DNA of 64,000 nucleotides, taken from contig JBBIGR010000009.1 in NCBI GenBank assembly GCA_037447435.1, positions 1 to 64,000 of the forward strand. Direction: 5' to 3'. The DNA comes from Fibrobacteria bacterium. Lineage in GTDB: Bacteria > Fibrobacterota > Chitinivibrionia > Chitinivibrionales > FEN-1185. The notes beneath the pieces were generated by a model, which saw only the letters and a list, made by a program, of their open reading frames with translations, had not been told where the DNA came from and did not search any database. How positions within the stretch are numbered: position 1 is the first letter of the stretch; every line of letters starts with the position of its first letter. Below, piece after piece: positions 1-8,448 of the stretch. A program made the translations under genes and the position numbers.

Positions 1-44
1 AGGGTGCCGGATCAAACAATAATCAGGTGCCGAATGGGGCAATA

Positions 45-389
45 TTATGCATTTAATTCATTGATTCGTTTTTTAGTTAATTCCTCAAGAATTATACATC
101 TGCACATAGGGTTAACGCTTCCATAAAACATGGAAGTTGTATCGGGATAATACGCATCCAGATGGGCATCTCGAAAAGCCAACCAAGCTTTTTGCGCTAT
201 TATTAATTTCCTAATAAATATGGTATCTTCTTTGTATTCTGTTAATATTTTCTTATAAATTAAATTCAATTTCTGATCGGCTTTTTTACATTTATTGCAT
301 GCTTCAATATTCATTTCAGTTTGAGATTGTGAAAAGGCTAAGTTAAATAATCCAATAATTATAAAAATTAGAACAAAATGTGTTTTCAT
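45..389 (-). CDS. Secreted LprI/DUF1311-family (lysozyme-inhibitor-like) protein
   Basis: Signal peptide, then SQTEMN..AC..AD.KLN.IYK.IL...AQKAWLAFRDA..C...LT..R pattern typical of DUF1311; RBS AAGGAA upstream. Confidence 0.8.
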   Translation of the reverse strand: MKTHFVLIFIIIGLFNLAFSQSQTEMNIEACNKCKKADQKLNLIYKKILTEYKEDTIFIRKLIIAQKAWLAFRDAHLDAYYPDTTSMFYGSVNPMCRCIILEELTKKRINELNA

Positions 390-409
390 TGTTTCCTTTT
401 CTTATTGAC

Positions 410-537
410 GCATAACATAAAGCTAATTCGCTGGTGACGCGTCCTCGCGAAGTACCCGAAGCAAAGCGAAGTGGTAAAAGGGGATACGCCCGCCAACTTC
501 CGTGAACGGCCACTGTTCAAGATTTAGCAAGTTATCA
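410..537 (-). mobile_element. attC-like integron recombination site (degenerate)
   Basis: Minus strand reads TGATAAC-TT-GCTAAATC...GAATTAGC-TTTAT-GTTATGC. It is GC-rich in an AT-rich context and ends 20 nt before the LprI start; left spacer is non-canonical. Confidence 0.45.
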
Positions 538-740
538 TCGGTTTTATTTTCCGAATATTCTTTTCCAAATTGATTGTCTTTCACATCTCGGTTTTTGTTC
601 TTTGGTTTCATGATATTTTCTGCATTCATTACAATTTCCATGCCTTACGCATTTTGTCTTAGGGCAAGTACAATTAATTTCACTCATATTATTTCCGCTT
701 TAATAGTTTTTTCAAAATATAACAAACAATAATCTTCATC

Positions 741-1235
741 TCAAACTTTCAAACTTCTGCTCATTTCGACAACCCTGGTTTTATTGTGCTTAACGACAAC
801 ATTGCCCGACATTGTAAATCCGTTGCGTTCGTAAAAACTGACGGTTCTTTTATTATTTTCGTACGTCCATAGATAAATGTGAACAACTTTCGGATCTTTC
901 ATGATTTCCATCGTTAAAAAAGAAAGCAATTCCGTTCCGATTCCTTTTCCCCAATGTTCTTTCAACACATATATCGAACAGATCTCGGCGCCCTCCATTT
1001 TTTGATGATACCCGTTTTTATAAGATCCAAAACCAACGTAATCGTTTCCGATTCTATAAAGAAAAGCCTTTTCTTTGCCGCTTGTAAGAGCGTCGTTCCA
1101 CATCTTCTCCCTTTGCTTCAACTTCAAAGGAGTAAAGAACCGGATGCCGGTTATTGGAAAGAAAACCTCTTGTGAGACGGTAAGTTGCAGCACCGATAAG
1201 ATTTCGGAATTTTCAGGTATGGCGGCGTTTATCAT
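741..1235 (-). CDS. GNAT family N-acetyltransferase
   Basis: EICSIYVLKEHWGKGIGTELL acetyl-CoA motif; N.RTVSFYERNGF. Confidence 0.85.
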   Translation of the reverse strand: MINAAIPENSEILSVLQLTVSQEVFFPITGIRFFTPLKLKQREKMWNDALTSGKEKAFLYRIGNDYVGFGSYKNGYHQKMEGAEICSIYVLKEHWGKGIGTELLSFLTMEIMKDPKVVHIYLWTYENNKRTVSFYERNGFTMSGNVVVKHNKTRVVEMSRSLKV

Positions 1236-1364
1236 TTTATTCTTTTGTATAATTTGATCCTAAATTGTATGTAACTTTCAATCCGATTGGATTAAAACCT
1301 GCCGCACCGATGATAAATCTTCCGAAATCATAGCCGATGGAATCCGTCCGGCCGTACTTTAGGA

Positions 1365-1832
1365 TCAGTGCTTAACGAGATTTAATATCATCATCACTAT
1401 CGAAATATATGCCGCTGCAGCGGATAGTGATAATATCCCTGTATGTAAATATTTTATCCATGGTTTTTTATCTCCTCTGAATATTTGAAGGTTCATCCTG
1501 ACGGTCGACAATCCGATCAATTTACTGAACAGGCCGTGATCGACCGCAATGATAATTGGCAAACCCATCCAAAGGTACTGATACCATTTTAAGGGATCAA
1601 CCAGTTTTATAATTTGACCGTCGATATCGATTTTCGGGATTGGGTCAAAGTAGGTGTATTTCAATTTTATCGTACAGTTGCTTCCGTTTTGGGTCTTGAC
1701 GACGTATGTGCCTCGTTTACCTTTCAGCAATTCATCATTAACGTATAATTTAGGCCCGGACCAAAATGTCGCAGGTTTGAGTGCAACGTTTACTCCTGAT
1801 AAAATGTCATGGTTGATAGCAACGGTATCCAT
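1365..1832 (-). CDS. Hypothetical membrane protein
   Basis: Soluble beta-rich N-terminus, 2-3 C-terminal hydrophobic segments; RBS AAAGG. Confidence 0.65.
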   Translation of the reverse strand: MDTVAINHDILSGVNVALKPATFWSGPKLYVNDELLKGKRGTYVVKTQNGSNCTIKLKYTYFDPIPKIDIDGQIIKLVDPLKWYQYLWMGLPIIIAVDHGLFSKLIGLSTVRMNLQIFRGDKKPWIKYLHTGILSLSAAAAYISIVMMILNLVKH

Positions 1833-2118
1833 TTTAAAGCCTTTTCTTTAAGGTTGATTGTTCGTTGGACGCAAACGGCTTGGCATTGAATTTGGCTTGT
1901 GGCTACTGCAGATCTTTTTATTGTAATGTCCGGATAATATGAAAAAGCGGGAAATTATTGATTCGGGGTAGGAGATTGGCAAAATAGTGCCCTTTCCAAA
2001 ATATGGAAATGACTGAACGAATTACCGTATGCCACTCTCTCCTTTGGCAAATTTAAAATAGATAATTATGCTCTTCATGTCAAACAATTTGCAACATAAA
2101 ACCGGCAATGATCGCATG

Positions 2119-2163
2119 GTGGGACAAAGTCCCCGGAACACAGTGTAGTGGGACAAAGTCCCC
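2119..2163. repeat. 16-bp direct repeat GTGGGACAAAGTCCCC x2 (2119-2134, 2148-2163)
   Basis: Two exact copies 13 nt apart, each with internal palindrome GGGAC-AAA-GTCCC. Confidence 0.85.
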
Positions 2164-2167
2164 AAAT

Positions 2168-2200
2168 AAAAAAACCCCTGAAAAAGTTCCAGGGGCTTTT
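2168..2200 (-). terminator. Intrinsic terminator after tRNA-Arg
   Basis: CCCCTG/CAGGGG stem followed by T7 on the minus strand. Confidence 0.75.
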
Positions 2201-2209
2201 ATCGATACA

Positions 2210-2283
2210 TGCGGCCAAAGAGACTCGAACTCCTAACCTTCTGATTCGTAGTCAGATGCACTATCCAATTGTGCTATGGCCGC
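2210..2283 (-). tRNA. tRNA-Arg (ACG)
   Basis: Minus strand GCGGCCATAGCACAATTGGATAGTGCATCTGACTACGAATCAGAAGGTTAGGAGTTCGAGTCTCTTTGGCCGCA folds to a cloverleaf; anticodon loop CT-ACG-AA; CCA not encoded. Confidence 0.95.
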
Positions 2284-2469
2284 AAATTTTATTCAAAACC
2301 ATTTTTTGTCCCCACAAATATAAATCACAAACGAAGAAAAAGACAAATTTATCCGAGCCTAATAATAGATTTGTTTAGACATTTTTCTTCAACCGGATTT
2401 ATAATAGTATAGAAGGATCCATAGCAAAATCCCGGTTCATATCGTTAAAAGAATGTGGAAACGAAATTT

Positions 2470-3687
2470 ATGAAAACACCTAAAATCATTATTAGCCTAA
2501 TATTTTCCGTTATTATGATGCAAAATTCTATAAGTTTTGCAGGGTACGGCGACAAGTTTCCGGGTGGGTACCCGAATTGGCAGGAGCGTGCGGTCATAAC
2601 TCTCGTCAATGCCTGCAGGATGGCGCCTCAGCAGTACCGGGACAAATATATCGGCAATTATAATATATTGTTGCCTGCAAATTTTCCCACGGTCAAACCG
2701 GTTTTTTGGAATTTGGCGCTTAACACTTCCGCCCGCTTCCATGCGTTGGACATGGGTTCCAACTGCGACACGCTCATTCATAGTTCTTGCGACGGCACAA
2801 CATTCGCCGCCCGCGTGGCCGGCTATTACACAAAATCATCCTACATTGCCGAAAATATTGCCTACGGCTCATCGTCACCCCAGGCCGTTATGTCGCTTTG
2901 GATAAAAGAAACTTCCGGATCAACGCCGGTTCCCGATGGACCGTCTGCCGGACACCGGATAAATTTGATGGATACCATGTATAAGGAAATGGGCGCCGGA
3001 TACGACTACGGCAGTAAAACCAAGCATTACTGGTGGGTGCAGGATTTCGGCCATGGGAAACCCGATTACGTGCATGCCATTCCATGCGCGTCCCATTGTT
3101 TCATGACCGCCAACATGATTTCGTTTTATGCCAATTATTTCGACAACCTGGGAAAGCCCCAGGAAAGCTCGGTGTATATTGATAATGTAAAATATCCCAT
3201 GACCCTTGATATCGGGAAAGACTCCGCAGGAACGTACGTATTTACGACTGCCAAGGCCGGCGAATGCCGCCTGTATTACTTCGCTTTTACCGGCGCGCAG
3301 GGAAAGGTATGGCGATATCCCGAGACCGGGTTTCTTATCACGCAAGGAGAGGGCACCTGCGCGAAGGATTTTGTCGCAGCCGAAAGTCTGGGTGTCGGCG
3401 ACGGATACTCTTCGTCGTATCCGCATGAGCAAAATGCCTTTTCCGCTGCTTGGGCGTCGGCGAAACTTGTTTTACGATTCGGAAACATGGGCAAAATGCC
3501 GCTTTCGGTTGTCGTGACCGACGTGCAAGGCAAACTGCTGAAAAGTAGCGACATTGCCCCGGTCGCGGTTTCTCAAACGGCTCAGACTGTCGTTTCGATT
3601 CCCTGTCAATTGCCACACGGCCTGTTCATCCTCGCAGTCCGTTTTTCAAGCGGCCTTACCCTGCGCCGGGTTTTGAATAATTATTGA
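2470..3687 (+). CDS. Secreted CAP/SCP-domain protein with C-terminal sorting-like domain
   Basis: Signal peptide; ARFHALDM, AENIAYG, GHRINLM, WVQDFG CAP motifs; C-terminal DVQGKLL...GLFIL pattern. Confidence 0.8.
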   Translation: MKTPKIIISLIFSVIMMQNSISFAGYGDKFPGGYPNWQERAVITLVNACRMAPQQYRDKYIGNYNILLPANFPTVKPVFWNLALNTSARFHALDMGSNCDTLIHSSCDGTTFAARVAGYYTKSSYIAENIAYGSSSPQAVMSLWIKETSGSTPVPDGPSAGHRINLMDTMYKEMGAGYDYGSKTKHYWWVQDFGHGKPDYVHAIPCASHCFMTANMISFYANYFDNLGKPQESSVYIDNVKYPMTLDIGKDSAGTYVFTTAKAGECRLYYFAFTGAQGKVWRYPETGFLITQGEGTCAKDFVAAESLGVGDGYSSSYPHEQNAFSAAWASAKLVLRFGNMGKMPLSVVVTDVQGKLLKSSDIAPVAVSQTAQTVVSIPCQLPHGLFILAVRFSSGLTLRRVLNNY

Positions 3688-3791
3688 CGGATTCCGGCAT
3701 GATTTCTATTGCCTTCTCAAAAAGTATAATCAATTTTTTGAGGGTAAAAAATTGATTGTATTCCGGGGAACGAAGAAGGGATGGGAATTGC

Positions 3792-4358
3792 ATGAAAGAG
3801 CTTTTCACGGTTTGGCAAAAAACAAAATCAATCGTCATCATCGCAATCACCGCCGCGGTCTATGCGGGCACGCTCATTCCGTTTAAGGCGATTCAAATCG
3901 TCCCGGGCCTGACCGAGTTGCGGCCCGCAAGCGTTATTCCGGTTTTGTTCGGCATTTTGTTCGGACCCGCCGCTGCATGGGGATCGGCCATCGGAAATCT
4001 CATTGCCGATTTTTTCGGCATGCTCTCGCCTGTCAGTGCGTTCGGGTTCGTCGCCAATTTCCTGTATTCGTATATCGCGTTTTTGGTATGGAAAATATTT
4101 GTCAAGCAACAGCCGGTCGTCATGGGAATGAAGCAGGTGAGCGTTTTTTCGCTGGCTTCGCTGTGCGGAAGCGTTGCCTGCGCGGCCATCGTCGGGCTCG
4201 GCGTTTGGGTGTTTAAAATGGCGCCTGCAAAAATCGTGTTCCTGGTCGTGCTTATCAACAACACGCTCATGGCCGGAATTTTGGGGCCCATCCTGATGAA
4301 ACTCCTTTATAAGAGAATATCCGCAATGGGCCTTCTATATAATAAGGAACAAGCCTGA
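3792..4358 (+). CDS. ECF transporter S component (QueT/MtsA-like)
   Basis: About 6 TM segments; ELRPA...LFGPAAAWGSAIGNLIAD; adjacent to ECF A and T genes. Confidence 0.8.
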   Translation: MKELFTVWQKTKSIVIIAITAAVYAGTLIPFKAIQIVPGLTELRPASVIPVLFGILFGPAAAWGSAIGNLIADFFGMLSPVSAFGFVANFLYSYIAFLVWKIFVKQQPVVMGMKQVSVFSLASLCGSVACAAIVGLGVWVFKMAPAKIVFLVVLINNTLMAGILGPILMKLLYKRISAMGLLYNKEQA

Positions 4359-4361
4359 TCC

Positions 4362-6017
4362 ATGCTGCATGTCAAAAACCTGAGTTTTTCCTATAAAAAA
4401 GCAAGCCCGCCCATACTCTACGATCTTAATTTTTCGATCCGACCCTGCGAAAAAATATTGATTGTCGGGAAAAACGGCGCGGGCAAGACAACGCTTTCAA
4501 AAATCCTCTCACGCTTATTGCCCGATGCCGAACACGGTATCCTGAACGGGCAAATACTCCTAAACGATAAACCGATGTCCGGCTATACGAGAAAAGAACT
4601 GGTACGCCGAATCGCAATACTGTTCCAGGATTTCGAATCGCAAATCGTATCTTCATCCGTGCTCGAAGAAATGCTCTTTATATCCCTCAATCTCGGCATA
4701 TCGTATGCAAATGCGTTGCGAAGCGTGCAAGCCACCGCCGAAGTCTTCGGTATTACCGGCCTGCTGGGACGCGACATTCACGAACTTTCCGGCGGAGAAA
4801 AACAAAAGGTGGCGCTGTTCAGCCTTTTGGTCCATGGTCCCGAATTGCTCATTCTCGACGAACCCTTTACCGATATCGAAACCGCGTCGCAACAATCCAT
4901 TCTTGGGCATCTCACCGGCCCAAACTTCGACAAAACCGTCGTCGTTTTCGAACAATCGCTCGACTATGTCGAATATTTCGACAGGACAATCGTGCTTGCC
5001 GATACCGGCATGGCTTTCGACGGCAGTAGGGACGTGATAGACAAACGCGAGCTGCTCGCGTCGGCGGGCCTGTGCGAGCCCGCGATGGCCCGGTTATTCC
5101 CGGTCAATACCGATATCTTCTCGATGCAAAAAAACCGGCAGCGCGTCGCTGCGGAATTCGAATTCGACAAACAGGCTTTTTCCGCGCTTATCGCCGAATC
5201 GTGCGCCCACGCCGCGCCGCAGGAAATCATCTCGATGCGCGACGTGGGGTTCAGGTATAAAGGATGCAGGGAATTCGTGCTCGACAAGATACACCTTTCG
5301 GTCGCAAAAGGCGATTTCATTTCCCTTTTAGGGCGCAACGGGTCGGGCAAGACGACGCTCACCAAATGCATGGCGGGGATCCTTTCGCCCGTAAAAGGCG
5401 AAGTGATGTACAACGGCAAGCCCGTCCGTGCCGGGGACGTCGGCTATGTCTATCAAAATCCGGACAATCAGATCTTTGCCGAAACCGTGTACGACGAAAT
5501 CGCCTTTGCCCTGCGCCAAAAGCAAGTACCTGAAGAAACGGTGCAATGCAGCACGACGGAAATCCTTTCGACCATGGGGCTTTCGGAAAAAGCAAAACTC
5601 GATCCGTTTACATTAGCAAAAGGCGACCGCCAAAAAATCGCCTGCGCTTCGATTCTGGTCATGCGGCCCGACGTGGTCGTGCTCGACGAGCCCACGACGG
5701 GGCTCGACCTTCCGTCCCTTCGGGAAATGATGAAAATCATTTCAATGCTTCACCGTGAGGGAAAAACAATACTCATGATAACGCATTCCATGGAAACCGC
5801 CGCGCTGTCGAAAACTGTTATCGCCATGGACAACGGGCGAATCGCCTTTCACGGACCCACGCGGGCGTTTTTCGAAAACGACGAATTGCTGCGTGCCGCC
5901 CGTTGCCGGCGGACCCCGATCATGGATCTGTCGATGTCGTTGAACGGCAAATGCCTGCTTAACGAAAACGAATTCCGGCGCTGCTGGATTACAAAAAATG
6001 CCGGAGCTTCGTCATGA
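4362..6017 (+). CDS. ECF transporter duplicated ATPase (A-A' fusion)
   Basis: Two Walker A motifs (GKNGAGKT, GRNGSGKT), signatures LSGGEKQ and LAKGDRQ, two LDEP Walker B motifs. Confidence 0.9.
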   Translation: MLHVKNLSFSYKKASPPILYDLNFSIRPCEKILIVGKNGAGKTTLSKILSRLLPDAEHGILNGQILLNDKPMSGYTRKELVRRIAILFQDFESQIVSSSVLEEMLFISLNLGISYANALRSVQATAEVFGITGLLGRDIHELSGGEKQKVALFSLLVHGPELLILDEPFTDIETASQQSILGHLTGPNFDKTVVVFEQSLDYVEYFDRTIVLADTGMAFDGSRDVIDKRELLASAGLCEPAMARLFPVNTDIFSMQKNRQRVAAEFEFDKQAFSALIAESCAHAAPQEIISMRDVGFRYKGCREFVLDKIHLSVAKGDFISLLGRNGSGKTTLTKCMAGILSPVKGEVMYNGKPVRAGDVGYVYQNPDNQIFAETVYDEIAFALRQKQVPEETVQCSTTEILSTMGLSEKAKLDPFTLAKGDRQKIACASILVMRPDVVVLDEPTTGLDLPSLREMMKIISMLHREGKTILMITHSMETAALSKTVIAMDNGRIAFHGPTRAFFENDELLRAARCRRTPIMDLSMSLNGKCLLNENEFRRCWITKNAGASS

Positions 6018-6751
6018 ATGTTTTTCTCTATACCAAAAAAGCAACATTCCTCCACGGCCTCGACCCGCGTACCAAGATACTCGTATTGTTCGCTTTTTTT
6101 ATAACGTCCGTTTTCCTGCAAAACCTCGTGGCCCTTGGCGCGGTCCTGCTTGTCATGCTCGCTTTGTTCGCCCTGGCAAAAAGCACGGCCAATATCCTGA
6201 GAATGGGAGTGCTGTTTTGCATTATCGCGGCCACCACGTTCTTGCTGTGGCTTCTGTTTTGTAAAGGACAGGGGAGCGCGGTCATGTACGCCGGCGCGCA
6301 AAGCCTCCGCTTTGTCGATTTGCTGTTGGCAGGGCTTCTGTTTCTGTCGATCACGTCGCTCGAGGAATTTTACGCAGGACTCATGTTATGCGGAATGCCG
6401 TACCCGATGGCGTTTGCCCTGTCGCTTTCGTTTCGCCTCGTGGTCATATTCGTGTCCACGGGCTTCACCATTGTCGAGGCGCAAAAAGTGCGCGGCAACG
6501 ACGTCAAAGGCGGATCGATTTTAAAACGAATCCGGTCCTACGCGCCGCTGCTCGTGCCGCTCATTCTTTCCGGCGTCAAAAAAGCGGAAACATTGACAAT
6601 CGCGCTCGAATCCAAAGGCTTCTCGCCAAACAACAAAATCAACATCAAAGACCGGTATGCGATGAAGCCTTCGGATTGGCTGACCGTGGCGCTCGGACTG
6701 GCGCTCTGCGTCGCCGCGTTTTTATTCAGATTTCCCCGTTATACGCCTTAA
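6014..6751 (+). CDS. ecfT: ECF transporter transmembrane T component
   Basis: LHGLDPRTKI N-terminus; AQKVRG and ALESKGF coupling motifs. Confidence 0.9.
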   Translation: MNVFLYTKKATFLHGLDPRTKILVLFAFFITSVFLQNLVALGAVLLVMLALFALAKSTANILRMGVLFCIIAATTFLLWLLFCKGQGSAVMYAGAQSLRFVDLLLAGLLFLSITSLEEFYAGLMLCGMPYPMAFALSLSFRLVVIFVSTGFTIVEAQKVRGNDVKGGSILKRIRSYAPLLVPLILSGVKKAETLTIALESKGFSPNNKINIKDRYAMKPSDWLTVALGLALCVAAFLFRFPRYTP

Positions 6752-6947
6752 CATACAGCTCCTTGATTTCTGCGATAAGCGGATAAGGCGGATTTGCGCC
6801 CGTGCACTGATCGTCGAACGCCCGGCAGCTCAATTCGTCGAGCTTTGCCAAAAACTCCTTTTCGCTTACGCCGCAGGTTTTCTCGGCAACCAAAACGCGA
6901 TTAATGAGCGTCTCAAGCTCTTGCGGGGTCGTAACCGTGTTTTTCAT
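6726..6947 (-). pseudogene. adhE: Internally deleted bifunctional aldehyde/alcohol dehydrogenase remnant (73 aa)
   Basis: N-terminal VTTPQELETLINRVLVAEK resembles the AdhE start and is joined in frame to the AdhE C-terminus GVSEKEFLAKLDELS..AFDDQCTGANP.YPLIAEIKELY.KAY. Confidence 0.8.
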
Positions 6948-7065
6948 AAAAATCTCATTATTAAGAAAAAAAGCACAATAAAACAATCTAAGAACACTCA
7001 AACAGCTTAAATCAGCATGCAATTAGCTTAAGTATACCAGGACTACGAAGAATTCGCAATTAATA

Positions 7066-7083
7066 TAGTGATAAGCGTCACAA
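7066..7083. promoter_or_regulatory. Putative Rex operator
   Basis: TAGTGA-TAAGCG-TCACAA is one mismatch from TTGTGA-N6-TCACAA; lies between adhE remnant and rex; a second TTGTGA half-site follows. Confidence 0.65.
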
Positions 7084-7181
7084 TAATTGTGATATTTTTT
7101 ACAGCTTCGGCCCCAAAAAGCGCAAAAAAACTTTTTTTGCCCCGCAAGGCATTGATATGCAACAATGTTCTAAAAAAGGTG

Positions 7182-7210
7182 TTGACAGTATGCGGTTTTG
7201 GGCATATATT
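7182..7210 (+). promoter_or_regulatory. Sigma70-type promoter for the rex-hyd-rnf cluster
   Basis: TTGACA (7182-7187), 17-nt spacer, TATATT (7205-7210). Confidence 0.7.
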
Positions 7211-7280
7211 TAAAACCGTATTCGATGTTTTTCTATCGATATAAAAAAATCGAAAGCCCAAAACAAAGCCGAAAAGGACT

Positions 7281-7961
7281 ATGAAACTCATGAGTACGGA
7301 GCCTATTTCAATGACAACGCTGCGGCGCTTGCCCCTGTATCTGCAATATATGCGGGAAATACGCGGGCTTGGCAACGAGTACGTGTCGGCAACGGTCATG
7401 GCCGAGGCCCTGGGCGTCCATCACACGCAGGTGCGCCAGGACCTGGACTGCGTCGGTGTCGCGGGTCTTCCCAAAAAAGGCCATCCTCTGGAAAAAGCCA
7501 TTTGGGCTATAGAAGAATTCCTGGGCTGGAACAATCAGTCGTCGGCATTTCTTATCGGTGCCGGAAACTTGGGCAGGGCGCTTGTCGGATACAAGCATTT
7601 CGAACAGGTCGGCATCAAAGTCCTTGCCGCTTTCGATAACGACGGCCGGAAAACAGGCATGAAAATCTGCGGCATCGACGTGCTGCCGATTTCCAAATTC
7701 GTGGATCTGGTCCGGCGCATGCACATCAATATTGCAATTTTGGCGGTTCCGCCGACAGCTGCGGAGGAAACTGCCGAACGTATCATAGAATCCGGGATCA
7801 AGGCGGTATGGAATTTCATCCCGGTGACGCTAAAGCTGCCTCCGAGCGTGATTGTCGAAAATGTCAACTTATTCTCGGGGTTTGCGGTTTTAAGCCATAA
7901 ATTGAAGAATGCATTAGAAACCAAGGAGATAGCCAATGAGCACGTCCACACAAACGCATGA
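7281..7961 (+). CDS. rex: Redox-sensing transcriptional repressor Rex
   Basis: TLRRLPLY...QVRQDL winged helix; IGAGNLGRAL NADH-binding fold; AVWNF. Confidence 0.95.
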   Translation: MKLMSTEPISMTTLRRLPLYLQYMREIRGLGNEYVSATVMAEALGVHHTQVRQDLDCVGVAGLPKKGHPLEKAIWAIEEFLGWNNQSSAFLIGAGNLGRALVGYKHFEQVGIKVLAAFDNDGRKTGMKICGIDVLPISKFVDLVRRMHINIAILAVPPTAAEETAERIIESGIKAVWNFIPVTLKLPPSVIVENVNLFSGFAVLSHKLKNALETKEIANEHVHTNA

Positions 7962-8448
7962 AAAAACGCGTCAATTCAACGCGGTTTTCGAAATCCTGAA
8001 AAAAAACAACAACGACAAAACGCGCCTTATTCCCATTTTGCAACAAGTACAGGAAGTATACCGGTATTTGCCGCCCATGGTGATGTCGTTCATTGCCTCG
8101 AGCCTGGGGATCCCGGCGTCGCGCGTCTACGGCGTCGCTACTTTTTACAGCCATTTCGCCCTTAAACCAAAAGGCAAATACGTCATCCGCGTCTGCGACG
8201 GAACAGCCTGTCACGTTAAGGGGAGTTCGGCGATCGCCGATGCGTTGCGGTCGCATCTGGGGCTCGCAAAAAACGAAAACACCACGCCCGATTTGCTGTT
8301 TACCCTGGATACGGTATCGTGCCTGGGCGCCTGCGGGCTCGCCCCGGTCATGGTTGTCAACGAAACCGTCCACGGCCAAATAACGCCCGCGCAGGCGTGT
8401 TCGATCATCGATACTCTGAAGAAAAGCGAGGCACGATATGCAGCATGA
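7936..8448 (+). CDS. hydC: Bifurcating hydrogenase subunit gamma (NuoE-like, [2Fe-2S])
   Basis: VYGVATFY; CDGTACHVKG...CLGACGLAPV. Confidence 0.9.
   Translation: MSTSTQTHEKTRQFNAVFEILKKNNNDKTRLIPILQQVQEVYRYLPPMVMSFIASSLGIPASRVYGVATFYSHFALKPKGKYVIRVCDGTACHVKGSSAIADALRSHLGLAKNENTTPDLLFTLDTVSCLGACGLAPVMVVNETVHGQITPAQACSIIDTLKKSEARYAA

Noticed and set aside
423..641. 72-aa ORF as a real gene
   Set aside because: Its 3' half runs through the attC-like element and shows no recognisable motif; probably spurious or a fragment.
1855..1900. c-di-GMP-I riboswitch (GGACGCAAA) or attI site
   Set aside because: Lacks the GGCAAAC/GAAA P1-P2 elements, is antisense to the adjacent gene, and no integrase is nearby.
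2119..2163. Possible mini CRISPR array
   Set aside because: Only two 16-bp repeats with a 13-nt spacer and no cas genes.
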